Below, in pieces: positions 49,412-62,181 of a stretch of DNA of 64,000 nt (position 1 is its first letter; every line of letters starts with the position of its first letter). The notes beneath the pieces were generated by a model. The model did not search any database. It saw nothing but the letters and a program-made list of their open reading frames with translations, and was not told the DNA's origin. The stretch lies in assembly GCF_001194135.2 (NCBI RefSeq), contig NC_068990.1:84524176-84588175 (forward strand), given 5' to 3'. The position numbers and the translations under genes are program-made. This DNA is from Octopus bimaculoides. Taxonomy: Eukaryota.

Positions 49412-49547
49412 GCTCAATTTCAGTACTTGAAAACATACCGGAGTAATGAGAGAATGCTCAATTTCAGTACTTGAAAACATAGCGGAGTAATGAGAGAATG
49501 CTCAATTTCAGTACTTGAAAACATACCGGAGTAATGAGAGAATGCTC
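49412..49547. repeat. 44-bp minisatellite, 3.1 near-perfect units
   Basis: GCTCAATTTCAGTACTTGAAAACATACCGGAGTAATGAGAGAAT at 49412, 49456 (one mismatch) and 49500. Confidence 0.95.
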
Positions 49548-50039
49548 TTGACAGACAGAGTGTGTAACCTGAACTAGTTCTGACCAGTGATTTTTTTTTT
49601 TTCAGTCAGATTACCTAGCAAATGCCACAGTACATTGATGTATTCCACCAGCCTCTGAAAACAACCAAATGCTGAAGACCACTGCCACATAATGATGATT
49701 ACCTTACCGAAGATATGAGATGCAAGCTGTCTTGGATAAATCTGTCAGGAATTACCTGGGTTTGAGAACCTTCGGCCTCACTACTTTTGATAACCACTAA
49801 CCTCATGAGCATTTTCTCCGAAACCTTAAACTTTACTTTCAGCAGAGTTATAGAGATAGAAACTGTCAGTGATGTCCTCCATGTTTAGATCCTTCTTCAG
49901 TAGCAGCAGCAGCAGCATTTCTCAGCTAACACTACTGATAATGGTCTCAATCTGTTACCAGTTACAATAGATGTCTGCCAAAAGAGGAACAAACAAGTCT
50001 GGCATATATAATAATAACTAAGTAATTATGTGGAGGTTG

Positions 50040-50522
50040 AAAAGAAACAGTCAGTTCTAGTCAAGAGAATACATCAACTTGTATGACAGAGTTGGGGGTT
50101 TCCATACACGGAAAATTATATCAAAATTATAAAATATCACCAGAAAAGTGCTGATATAAAAACATCCACCATAAATGGTCTCAGAGAGTAACAAAACAGC
50201 TATAGTTTAGTATATGCCAATCCCCACAGACAGGAGAATCAAGTATAATTAACTGGATATTGTTTTCAAGGATTATAAGCAAAGTAAAATAAGTACTCTG
50301 ATTGAAGCATCGATCTCAAGAGATGATAATGTATCACTAAAAGAAATAGAGCAATTATCCAAATATAATGATTTGGAAATAGAGATAACTAAAATATGGT
50401 GATTGGAAACAGAAACAATTCCTATAATAATACATAAACAAAACTCCAGAGACTCGAACATATACACAGCATACTGAAATAGCAACACAGACATATTTTG
50501 TAGAAACACTTCCAATACAATA
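50040..50522 (+). mobile_element. Decayed 3' end of an R4/Dong-like non-LTR retrotransposon (restriction-like endonuclease)
   Basis: A single frame from about 50217 reads PIPTDRRIKYN*LDIVFKDYKQSKISTLIEASISRDDNVSLKEIEQLSKYNDLEIEITKIW*LETETIPIII. This resembles the PD..D/E..K RLE domain of R4-clade elements (recalled consensus RPDIV...LIDxSIPxDxN...KxxEKLSKYKDLEIEIxRMW). Confidence 0.8.
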
Positions 50523-50723
50523 CTCTTTTACTTGTTTCAGTCATTTGACTGTGGCCATGCTGGAGCACCGCCTTTAGTCGAGTGAATCGATCCCAGGACT
50601 TATTCTTTGGAAGCCTAGTACTTATTCTATCGGTCTCTTTTGCCGAACCGCTAAGTTACGGGGACGTAAACACACCAGCATTGGTTGTCAAGCGATGTTG
50701 GGGGGACAAATACAGACCCATAA

Positions 50724-50768
<45 letters not shown>

Positions 50769-50937
50769 TATGACGGGCTTCTTTCAGTTTCCGTCTACCA
50801 AATCCACTCACAAGGCTTTGGTCGGCCCGAGGCTATAGTAGAAGACACTTGCCCAAGGTTCCACACAGTGGGACTGAACCCGGAACCATGCGGTTGGTAA
50901 GCAAGCTACTTACCACACAGCCACTCCTGCGCCTATT
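50523..50937 (-). mobile_element. Full-length young family B SINE with internal (TA)/(CA) microsatellite and 39-bp TSD
   Basis: Head AGGCGCAGGAGTGGCTGTGTGGTAAG...GGTTCAGTCC; tail ...GACTGAAACAAGTAAAAGAG; identical 39-mers at 50484-50522 and 50938-50976. Confidence 0.93.
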
Positions 50938-52324
50938 AACACAGACATATTTTGTAGAAACACTTCCAATACAATAGAAAACAAACTGAAAACAAAACAC
51001 TGCATCTTCTCAAGGCACATAAATAAGACTTACAGAAGAAAAATAGTGATTTCTTTTACTGTTATTAAGCCAATAGGATGGGAGACATTACAAGGACAAA
51101 TTAAAATAATAATTACAAAAATAAAATAAAAATTAAAAAACAAAGATTAACCTAGATTATAGTATTACCCATGGATGAGTTGTTGGTGAAGTATTTTGAT
51201 AAGAAAAAATTTAAAGCTCAAACAAAATAAAACACAGGTGTTCATAAAATGATACAGGATTTAAGTAGCTCTAGTAGGGTTTTTTTTCTTGTTATTGTTT
51301 TTTCTTTCTTTTTTTTCTTTGGTGATATTTTCAAAAGAGGAGGAACAGTTTCCATGGCTCTTTTCAACTGGCTTTGTAACTAGTGAGAGCATGGGAAGAA
51401 AATGTCCTCAAATTGAAGGAATGAAGAGTAGGAGTGACAATGTGGTCCTCCCACATTTTTAGGAGGAGCAAAATTGCAGTCGTGGCAGATACTGGTGTCA
51501 TGCAAATGGCACTAGTAACAGTGGCACATAAAGGCACCCATTACAATCTCAGAGTGGTTGGCGTTAGGAAGGGCATCCGGCCGTAGAAAACCATGCCAAA
51601 TCAGACTGGAGTCTGGTGCAGCCTTCCAGCTTACCAGTCCTGGTCAAACCGTCCAATCCATGCCAGCATTGACAATGGACGTTAAATGATGATGATGATG
51701 ATGACGATGATAATGATATATTAACCAACCCAATATAGTGCATAAAAATGAAGGGTACCAAAAGAAAAAAAAAGGGACAAATAACCAACAGAAAAAGAAA
51801 AGAAAAATTTCCAGACTTCTGATAGCTTAGAGAGAAAATAGAAGTCAGATAATCAAACAGAAATTAATAAAATTATTTTCCCATGACTTTTTAAAGTATT
51901 TTAGTCAGATTAAGTGATTTGATTCTGTAAAAAATAATGTCTTCATTTTTCACCACCCACAGCTGATATGCATATGAGTGTGTACGTGTCTGTGTACTTT
52001 TTTTTCCTGCTTTTTTTTTTTTTTTTTTTTTTTTTTTGCACATTTTAGGTGAGTGTCCTTGAATGTTATTGACTTAGAAAATCTTGACCTTAGGTAAACA
52101 TGGCTGCCTCTTTAAATGTTTGAAATCCTCCCCTATCAGCAATGATAAGATATTTGATGAAAGATTCATAAACATCTACAGCCAGCTTGACAGATGAGGC
52201 TCGATATCTATATTTGAGCAATAAAAAAACAGCTATCAGATGATACACCGAGCAATAAGTCAGCCTATCTATTTATCTATGTAAACAAACAAGCATGCAC
52301 ACATACACACACACACACACACAC

Positions 52325-52830
52325 ACCTTATCTTCTACTTCTTTCAGTCATTGGCCAGTGACCATACTGCAGTATTATCTTGTAGGGTTCAATCCAAACA
52401 GTATTTATTCTATTGGCTTCTTCTGCAAAAACCATTAAGTTAAATGGATGTAAACAAACCAACACTAGTTGTCAAGTGGTGGGGGTGAAGAACAAACACA
52501 AACCAAAAAAACATCACACACATATGGGCTTCCACTTAGTTTCCTATTTCTTTATTACCCACAAGGGGCTAAACATAGAGGGGACAAACGAGGACAGACA
52601 AAGGGATTAAGTTGATTACATCGACCCCCCAGTGCGTAACTGGTACTTAATTTATCGACCCCGAAAGGATGAAAGGCAAAGTCGACCTCAGCGGAATTTG
52701 AACTCAGAACGTAACGGCAGACGAAATACCTATAAGCATTTCGACTGGTATGCTAACGTCTCTACCAAATTCACTGACAAAGCACTGGTCAACCTGATGC
52801 TATAGTAGCAGTCACTTGCCCAAGGTGTCA
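52325..52830 (-). mobile_element. Family B SINE interrupted by a family C SINE (52550-52765, tail variant 1)
   Basis: B tail at 52325-52545, C element, then the B head resumes at CTACCAAATTCACT...CACTTGCCCAAGG. Confidence 0.8.
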
Positions 52831-54491
52831 CATGTCCACATGTGTGTGTTTGTTCATGTGATATAAGCAAGGTTTACATGCAGCCCTGATCCTAGTTTCA
52901 TTCCATCAGCATGTTGTCAAGTAACAGAATGACTTAGAGTGACATAAGTGGTGTAGAAATGTCATGCATTGGGGGAGGTGGTCTCTTTGAAATTCTCAAG
53001 GAAAAATTTAGGCATATGCCACAAGCAAATCAAAATGAGTTTGCTAGTTTTTACATAAGTTTGTGCAGGGTGGCAGATAATATAGAGTTCTTTTGAAACA
53101 AAGGGTACACTACTATTTTGATCTGTTCTTAAATAGTTGTGCCTAATCTAACACAGTTCTCAAGTTAATGGCAGTCACTTTTTTACTTCTTGATTTTCAA
53201 ATGTGCTCTGAAAGTAATGTGATGTTTTTTAGTTTCCAATGATGGTATGAGCTGATGTAGAGAACACTCATTAATCCCTATGTAATTGATATGCTTCTGA
53301 TGAAGACATTACTTGTCAGTATACAAGGCTTTTCTCTAGGCATTTGCCTTTACAGGAGGCAAAACTATGAATGAATCCTTTTGCACAACAATTAATTGCA
53401 ATATTTTTACATTGCTATTCTTGATGGGACTAGAGATATTTTTCAGGTTTTTTTACTGGGTATAGACAAATTTTCTTTGTGTGTGTGTTATGTGCATGCA
53501 TGTGTAGTGAAGGCATGATACCTAGTAGTTAGTGTGCTGGGCTCAGAATTTGGGGATTTGATTCCTCGGTCCGACAATTACTGTACATCATTTCTTGTTG
53601 CACCAATCTATTTAGCTTGAAAATGAGTGCCAGCACTAAGCTGTTGAAGCCCTCTCTCTGCTCTTGATGCCATGCTGGGCCAAGTAAGAGAGTGCCAAGA
53701 GGGTGCCTTCTATGTTAATGACTATATAGGTACTTAAAACAATTAGCAAAATTATGGTGCAATCTACCAGGTCATATTTGCTAAGCATTTTTTAAGTGTG
53801 TTTGTGTATGCGTGTATGTATGCATATGTGTACATGTGTGTGCAAGTGTCAGTATGTTACAGGTATTTTTAATAACCTTAAAGTAAAGGTGAAAGGTGAA
53901 GTTGACAAAGACTTTATTTTAGCTCAAAACTAAATTATTATTTTACTGGTTAGTGTTGGCTAAAGTCAAGTTTAATCAAGCAGACCTCTGATCAAAGACA
54001 TTCCAACCATGGCCATCTTGTCTTTTTGTGTATATCTAGGGTTGCACAGTCTAAGGTATCTTTCTTTTTTGTAATTTGTTGTAACTTCTAAGAGGTCAAG
54101 AGACAATTTGGAGGCTCTTTTGTTGGCTTATATTGATTAGTTTAGTCCAGTGTGTTATCATCTTCATCCACTCAACCAGTTCTGGGATATCTGATAAGAT
54201 TTGAACAAAGAACAGGTAGGTACTACAAATGAGATACTATCAAACTATCAAATACTCACAATTTTTCTCTTTAAGCTCAATTATTCTCAATTTCTTGAGA
54301 ATTTATAGGGGATTTAGTATCAAAATTATTGAAAATTATCCGAAAATATTTGGCCTTGACTTTAAAGAATAAGAATTAAAAACCAAAAGTCACAGCCATA
54401 TGTGTGCATGTGTGTGTGTGTGCGTGTGCGTGCGCATTACCCTCTCTTTCATCTCTCTCAAAACACACACAAATTCTCAATTTTATTTTAA

Positions 54492-54722
54492 CCCTTTAGT
54501 GTTCACATTATTCTGCCATAATTAATGCTTTTTTATCCACATTGTTTTGAACTAATCATGCATTATCTTGTAGCTATGAGATTTTGATGAGGTAGCTGTT
54601 AATTTTTAAAATGTAGGGTTGGTGTGAAAGACTAGATCTGTGAAAGACTAGATCTGATCAGTTTGAACATAGAATAGGCAGAATACTTTTGGCCGGATAT
54701 GGCCGGTTTAAATGCTAAAGGG
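54492..54722. mobile_element. piggyBac-type MITE (family F)
   Basis: TTAA(54488-91) CCCTTTAG ... CTAAAGGG TTAA(54723-26); internal 16-bp tandem duplication TGTGAAAGACTAGATC. Confidence 0.88.
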
Positions 54723-54841
54723 TTAATATCTTTGTTAAAATTTTTTTAATAATTTTCAATCTTTTCCATAATTAAATGATAAAAATATATTTATAAAATA
54801 TTTATTTTTGTAACATTTTAATAAAGGAAAACTGACTCATA

Positions 54842-54913
<72 letters not shown>

Positions 54914-55036
54914 NNNNNNNNNNNNNNNNNNNNNNNNNNNNNNNNNNNNNNNNNNNNNNNNNNNNNNNNNNNNAATAACAAGACTTTTGAGAAAAATATT
55001 TTTCCTGTTTTCTTTTCACAATTTCACTCATTAAAG

Positions 55037-55078
<42 letters not shown>

Positions 55079-55710
55079 GTTCATCATACAAACAAACACA
55101 TCCAGAATAGATCCCTTTGCCAGCTCCTTCAAAACTAATACATTTAAATAGATGAAGAAAGAAGATGAACAAAAAGGGTAAAAGAAAAAAATATCTGGGA
55201 ATTTCTACTATATCATTTTCCCACGGTCTCTCTAATGCTATAGTATAAACTTCATTATAGGTTTTAAGCCTTCTTCTTCTTCTGCTGCTGCTAGCTTCTC
55301 TGTCTCCTTAAGAAATGAAGGGAGAATGAAAAGAAAAAGAAGAGTGAAAGAGAAGATAGAAAGAAACTAACAGTAAGAGCAGCAGTTGTAGTGTAGCAAC
55401 AGTTAGAGCTAAATGTAAAGTGAGGCTGAATTGATTAAATGAGAAGAGATGTTTTTCACTTTATTTATATTTTTGAAATTTTGTTTTGCATTTGTTTTTT
55501 TCATTTAATTGAAAGAATTCTCAGTCTTAAGAAATATCACCAAAGTAACCAATGATACAGAAACAAGGTTTTTCTTTTTTCACACACTTTATAGTACAGT
55601 ACGGGTTTACAATAATGATGATGACGACGATATCAGAATATAGCATGGCATATAGTATAGTATATAAAGTCTAGTACCCAGTATGGGAACTGCACATATG
55701 CATTTGCTAC

Positions 55711-55749
<39 letters not shown>

Positions 55750-56957
55750 CATGCATGCATGCATGTAGCAGGGATAAGAAGTGTGCTTCCCCACTACATG
55801 GTTCTAGGTTCAGTCCCACTGTGTGACTCTTTGAGCAAATGTCTTCTGTTATAGCCTTGTGTCAACCAAAGCCTTGTGAACAGATTTTGTAGACAAAAAC
55901 TGAAAGTTCAGTGTGTGTGTTTGTCCCTCCCCACCAGCACCTCTTGGCAACCAGTGTTGGTGTGTTTATGGCCCTCACAATCTAGCAGTTCAGCATAAGA
56001 GATCAATAAAGTTCCTAGCTTATAAAAATGTAAGTACCGGAGTCTGAAAATTCTTCAAGGCAGTGCCCCAGCATGGCCACACTCTAATGACAGAAACAAA
56101 TGTATCAGCAGCAGCACTGCTTCACATCCATCCCTGATAGCATGGGTCAGGCAGAGGTGGTTGAGGTAGATTTTCTACAGCCAGATGCCCTTCTTGTTAC
56201 CAACCCTGACCTGTTTCCAGGCAAGGTAATATTTCATCATAGCCAGACATGTTTTTCCTGGAAGACTGGAAATGAACAACACCCCTTGTATGAAGGTGAC
56301 ACTCATTTACAATCATCACATGATGCCAAGACAAGAGTATACAAAAGCACACACACACACACACACATTTAAGTATCTATGCATTACATAATAATGCAGT
56401 AATTAAGCAGTAATGAACAGGACTTGTTTAGCCCCGGGTCAGATCTGTTCCAGCAAAACTACGATACACTATCCCAGTGCAACCATTCCATCCTTTATTC
56501 AGATATGATGATAATGATGGTGGTGGTGGTGATGGTGATGATGATGATGATGATGATGATGATGGTGATGATGATGGTGGTGATGGTGATGGTGATGATG
56601 ATAATGATTGTATGTAGAACTACATTAATCCAATGTTTCCTTCCTGCTTTAAGATGGTAGAGAGATTTGGCCATTATTATTTCTAGTGGCTGAACAATCT
56701 CATAAAAGAGCTGTCTTATTATTATTGGACCATTCCTCTTTCAGATGTTGTTGTTATTGTTTAGATTGTTTAGCACCAAGTCAGAACTGGTCAAGCAGAT
56801 CTGTGATGGAAGAAATTCCAGCCATGACCAGCCCAACTTAATTTCAAGTATAGTGTGTCTTGGACAACACTAACCAATGTTTTCTTTAACAAGATGACAG
56901 GGTGCAGTCGGAGGAAAGTTAGGCTGATATTTCTAACAGGTTGAAAACCGCATAGAG

Positions 56958-57009
56958 GTTCCCTATTCAATTAATAACCACAGTTCCCTATTCAATTAAT
57001 AACCACAGT
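56958..57009. repeat. Perfect 25-bp tandem duplication
   Basis: GTTCCCTATTCAATTAATAACCACA x2. Confidence 0.9.
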
Positions 57010-58010
57010 GCCAGATGTAGGCCACTCTGTTGCAATCAGGTTTATTCAGTTGTTTTAGGAATTGTCCATAGAACGGTCTTAATTAATTCCCATGGTTTGT
57101 TTGTTATCCTGGTTCTTCTAGTGTTTTGTTCTTCTCTAAGGTTATTTTATTTTTATTGTTATATCTGTACATTTGCATGTGTGTATTTAATCCTATATTT
57201 GTGGTTCCTGAAGAATGGGTATTTATATTACTTAGTTTTACTAAATATTTCCATGCTTCTTTCTGTATTGAATTCAGCATTTTTGGTTGTCATGTTTTTC
57301 CAACTGCTTGTAACTAGGGTGTTTTATTTTTAATGGAGGCAATACTCCAGTGCATATGTAGAAGCTTTATAGATACACTCCAATTACACAAGGCCTTTCC
57401 ATACATTTTGTCAAGGGATATATCTAGGGGCGTGTATCCGGTTTGGTTAAGTCAATTTTTTTTTAATAATTTTCTTGTTTGCTTGCTTTTATGCTAAATT
57501 TCTGGATATCTTCCAGCATCCAATTTATTTCTTAGAAATTGTAGTTTACAAACAGGACTGCTAGTTGTTGCAGCTTAATACCAGGACTGATATAACTTAA
57601 TGGTCAATATTAAAACCAATATATTAAGAGTCACTTTACAAAATATGAACCAGTAATATACTAGTGTTGGTACAATTTATTATAACAACACAGTTACATG
57701 ACTTGCTAGAAAAAGCAGCCAAATCTTAAAATCACATCTTAAAAAAGGGAGAGGAGATATTAGACAATAAAGTCCAAGACATAATCTAGCTAGAATAACT
57801 TTAATGAAAGATCAACTCAACAGAGTTGACCTTAGACTAGCGACGTTTTATTTTTCCAATACCTCTACAGAATGCTGGGACCCAGTAATAATGGTTGAGA
57901 CTTCCTTATAATTATCACAACAGTACTGAAATGGATACATTTATATTCATAGCAGAAAGAACATTTTCGATGACAGGGAAGGGAACTTTTAAAAAGAAAA
58001 AGCAGCTTAC

Positions 58011-58053
58011 CGATTATGAAGTGCTGAGCAATTGGTATTGATCATATGATTAT
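58011..58053 (-). CDS. fng: Fringe 43-bp exon, most 5' exon found (x-NHMINTNCSALHN-R)
   Basis: ttgttctag acceptor, CG|gtaagc donor; joins the 60-bp exon in frame to give H.INTNCS..H.RQALCCKM, as in Fringe proteins. Confidence 0.9.
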
Positions 58054-58845
58054 CTAGAACAAAAATAAAGTAAACATAAAAGTCTAACTTCAAGCTATGT
58101 GTATGAGTGTGTATGTATGTATGTATATATGTATGTATGTATATATATATATATATATATATAAGAGAGAGAGAGAGAGAGAGCATGATGGTTTGTTCAT
58201 TATAGACAAAAGAGTGTATAGGTTTTGGACACATGAAAGCACAAAATGTAAACAATTTGAACCAAAAGACCAACGAAATGTGCACATTTTGATCATAGAC
58301 CAGGAAAATCGACTTTATCGTTTATTTCTCCTTAATGAAAATTAAATAAGTGCTAAAGGGCGGGGGAATCAGTTCAATTGACTACACTCATTCCACAATT
58401 TGTTGCTTTCTGAAATGGTAGGGTGATAAGCAAAGTCCCTTACAGTACTGAATTATATGTCTTTGTTTTGAGTTCAAATCTTGCAAAGGTTGATTATACC
58501 TCTCATTCTATATTTTCAGGGATGGAGTTTGATTAGTCAAATACCCTTTTTTTCCCTAATGAATCCACAGAGTAGTGCTGAAAGGGTTGGTAGGGTTGTG
58601 ATGTGCAGGGGGTTTTCTTGTCCCTATTGATGGCACCAGTTCAGCAAGAGAAGAAATAGTCATGGGAAGGGTTAGTTGAATAAATCACCCCAGCATTTGA
58701 CTGAAGCTTATTTTATCAACCTCAAGAGGGTGAAAGGCAAAGCTTGATCACTGCAGGATTTGAAATCAGAACAAAGTCACAACTCCGTACTGCAAAGCAC
58801 TTTCCCCAACACAAATGTTTCTGCTAATCCACTGTGCTAGAAATA

Positions 58846-58869
58846 ATAATAATAATAATGATAATGATG

Positions 58870-58922
<53 letters not shown>
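58846..58922. repeat. (AAT)n microsatellite at the 5' flank of a decayed family C SINE
   Basis: Direct inspection. Confidence 0.9.
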
Positions 58923-59713
58923 CTAAAAAATTTTTGAATTAAGTAAGAATTTCAAGGAATTTAATATTGAATGAGGAAAATAATACTTTGGGGAAAACAA
59001 AATTTTTTTAATAATAAAAGAAAGAAAGAAAGAAGCAATTCTGTGTCAGACCTATAAACTAAACTTGATTCTGTTGTAACATTAGAAAACCATTATTTCA
59101 GCAAATCTGTCTTTTAGTCTGGGAGTGGTGAGGATAAGTGGAAATAAATCTTGTAAAAATAAGAAATAAAATTTTAAAAAGAAAGCTAAATAAATAAACT
59201 AAACAGAAATATATATAAAATCAACAAGTGTGAATTTTTGGATTTTTTTAACAAGTTAGATGACTTAGAGTCATTTGATTTCATTGGGAACTGTTAAATG
59301 TTAAGGACTTCTGTTGTCAATTCATTGAAATACCACAATAATTGCATTTAATATTATATATTGTGTAATATGTGCTGCAAATACTGCACAGCATTGTTGC
59401 CAGTGCCGCTGGACTGGCTCCTGTGCAGGTGGCACGTAAAGTATACCATTATGAGCGTGGCCGTTGCCAGTACCGCCTGACTGGCCTTCATGCCGGTGGC
59501 ACGTAAAAGCACTCACTACACTCTCGGAGTGGTTGGCATTAGGAAGGGCATCCAGCTGTAGAAACTCTGCCAAATCAGATTGGAGCCTGGTGTAGCCATC
59601 TGGTTCACCAGTCCTCAGTCAAATCATCCAACCCATGCTAGCATGGAAAGCGGACGTTAAACGATGATGATGATATATATAAGCAAAGTAGTTAGTTCTA
59701 AAATCTCTAGAGG

Positions 59714-59756
<43 letters not shown>

Positions 59757-60156
59757 AATGTTTATTCTAAATCTGATGATGGTTTGGATGGCCAAAACTT
59801 TGAAATCTCNNNNNNNNNNNNNNNNNNNNNNNNNNNNNNNNNNNNNNNNNNNNNNNNNNNNNNNNNNNNNNNNNNNNNNNNNNNNNNNNNNNNNNNNNNN
59901 NNNNNNNNNNNNNNNNNNNNNNNNNNNNNNNNNNNNNNNNNNNNNNNNNNNNNNNNNNNNNNNNNNNNNNNNNNNNNNNNNNNNNNNNNNNNNNNNNNNN
60001 NNNNNNNNNNNNNNNNNNNNNNNNNNNNNNNNNNNNNNNNNNNNNNNNNNNNNNNNNNNNNNNNNNNNNNNNNNNNNNNNNNNNNNNNNNNNNNNNNNNN
60101 NNNNNNNNNNNNNNNNNNNNNNNNNNNNNNNNNNNNNNNNNNNNNNNNNNNNNNNN

Positions 60157-60209
<53 letters not shown>

Positions 60210-60376
60210 TTTATATACATATACATATATACACACACACACACATATATATACACACACACATATATATATATATACATATATACACACGCACACATAT
60301 ATATATATACACACACAGATACACAGATATTCAGACACATACATATATCCATAGTCACACACACAAGCCTGCATGC

Positions 60377-60418
<42 letters not shown>

Positions 60419-60859
60419 ATGCAGACTTATACATACACACACATTTATAGATGTACACATATACATATGTATATGTAGGTACATGTGTGAGTGTGTGTAT
60501 GAAACATGCTCCTTGACAAATGAAAACCAATACCAGAACCCGGAAGTAATGCCGTTTTTATTAACACTAAGGCACCATTGTTCAAATTAATCTTTCTTTC
60601 CCTTGCAATTATAATCATACTCACTGTATTTGATTATGCAAACCCTATTTGTTGTGATTTTCTAATTTCCCATGCTCCACAAAGGCTATTGGGTTGGCCA
60701 GGTCAACACAACCATACAACGTTCATTCCCTTCGGTACTTTATCTGCTGAATGAAATCCAACATCCAAGAAATATTACCTCGTTAGTTCCCCCTTTCCTT
60801 TCACTAATTTCTTCCATATGTTGTGCTTATTGGTTATTTAGCTACCCCAAGTCAGCCCT

Positions 60860-60931
60860 GGGACAGGAAATCTATGCTGGCTCAGCAAACCTTGGTAGAC
60901 AGATGGAAACAGTGTGGAAGCCTGTCATATG

Positions 60932-60969
<38 letters not shown>

Positions 60970-61157
60970 TTCCCTATCTTGCTTGATAACTGGTGTTGGT
61001 TTGATTACATCCCCATAACTTAGCAGTTCAGTAAAAGACACTGATAGGGTTAAGTACTAGACTTGAAATTAAGTAACTGGATCGATTTGTTTGACTAAAC
61101 TCTTTAAGGTGGTGCCCCAGTATGGCTGCAGTCCAATGACTGAAACAAGTAAAAGAC
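60860..61157 (+). mobile_element. Family B SINE (3' two-thirds) with internal (GT)n
   Basis: Matches the reverse complement of 50523-50800; a similar copy lies at 55760-56100. Confidence 0.8.
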
Positions 61158-61202
61158 AAGAAGCACTTGACTGACTTCGGTATCCACCTTTAATAACCTT
61201 AA

Positions 61203-61403
61203 CCCTTTCGTTACCAACCCGGCTGAAACCGGCTCTGACTCTGTAGTACAAATATCTTGTTTTTGAAAGTTCTGAATTAAAATCTTCCACCAAGCCTTAG
61301 TCACAATTTATGTTAACTAAGTTATTTTACTAAATTCTTTGTTATATTTAAAGTAATTGAAAGAAACACAGAACATCTCAAAATGAATACAGTAACGAAA
61401 GGG
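61203..61403. mobile_element. Second piggyBac-type MITE family
   Basis: TTAA(61199-202) CCCTTTCGTTAC ... GTAACGAAAGGG TTAA(61404-07): perfect 12-bp TIR with TTAA TSD; internal sequence unlike family F. Confidence 0.9.
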
Positions 61404-62181
61404 TTAAAGCAATAAAAGACATTCAGACTCAGTAGAGTGGTAGTTAAGTTACCTTACAGTAGTTAGTTATACCCTTTATGATCAGAGTTCAAATTCCAAC
61501 TGTATGAACTTTCTTATCTTTCATCCTGCTAGGGTTAATAATATTGAGTATCAGTCAAAATTTAACTGAAGACAACTATTCTAAATTTGTGGTCTCAACC
61601 AAATGTAAGAATCCTCAAGAGTGTTTACGAAGCAAAACTGCAAAACTGATAAAGTTTTGACAAAATGCCTGTCCGTAATTAGTTATGGACCTTTATGCTG
61701 TGTATTCAAATGTTTACAAAGTCAAGTATTCCTTTATTCTTTTATTCGTTTACTTGTTTCAGTCATTTGACTGCAGCCATGCTGGAGCACTGCCTTTAGT
61801 CGAACAAATCGACCCCAGGACTTATTCTTTGTAAGCCTACATTTTCTGTAATCTTAGATATAATATAGGCTTAGTGGTTAGGGTGTTGAACTCATAATCG
61901 TAAGATTGTGGTTCCAATTCCTGGACCAGAAAACTCGTGTTCTTGAGCAAAACACTTCATTATACATTGCTCCAGTCCACTCAGCTGACAAAAATGAGTA
62001 ACCCTGCAACAGACTGGTGTCCCATCCAGGTGGAGAGTATATATGCCACAGAAACTGGGAAACCAACCCTATGAGTCTATACAACTTGGGAAAGAGCTTT
62101 ATCTTTTATTTAAATATGATAAATTTGAAATAAAAGATGGGATGGTTATGGTAAAACACCTGTGATCATGTCTGTCTAGTG

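Noticed and set aside
49412-49547. CRISPR-like palindromic repeat
   Set aside because: Units are contiguous with no unique spacers, the context is eukaryotic, and no cas genes are present.
53297-53325. Further hammerhead-like strings: CTGATGA-A-GAC..GTC (53297), CTGATGA-TGG..GCC-AAAAC (59773), CTGAAGA plus 8-bp hairpin (about 29043)
   Set aside because: GAAA core missing or mutated and no stem I/III; too degenerate to separate from chance.
57050-57560. Possible decayed Penelope RT/GIY-YIG coding relic on the minus strand
   Set aside because: Only faint motif resemblance across many stops; needs a translated HMM search to support it.
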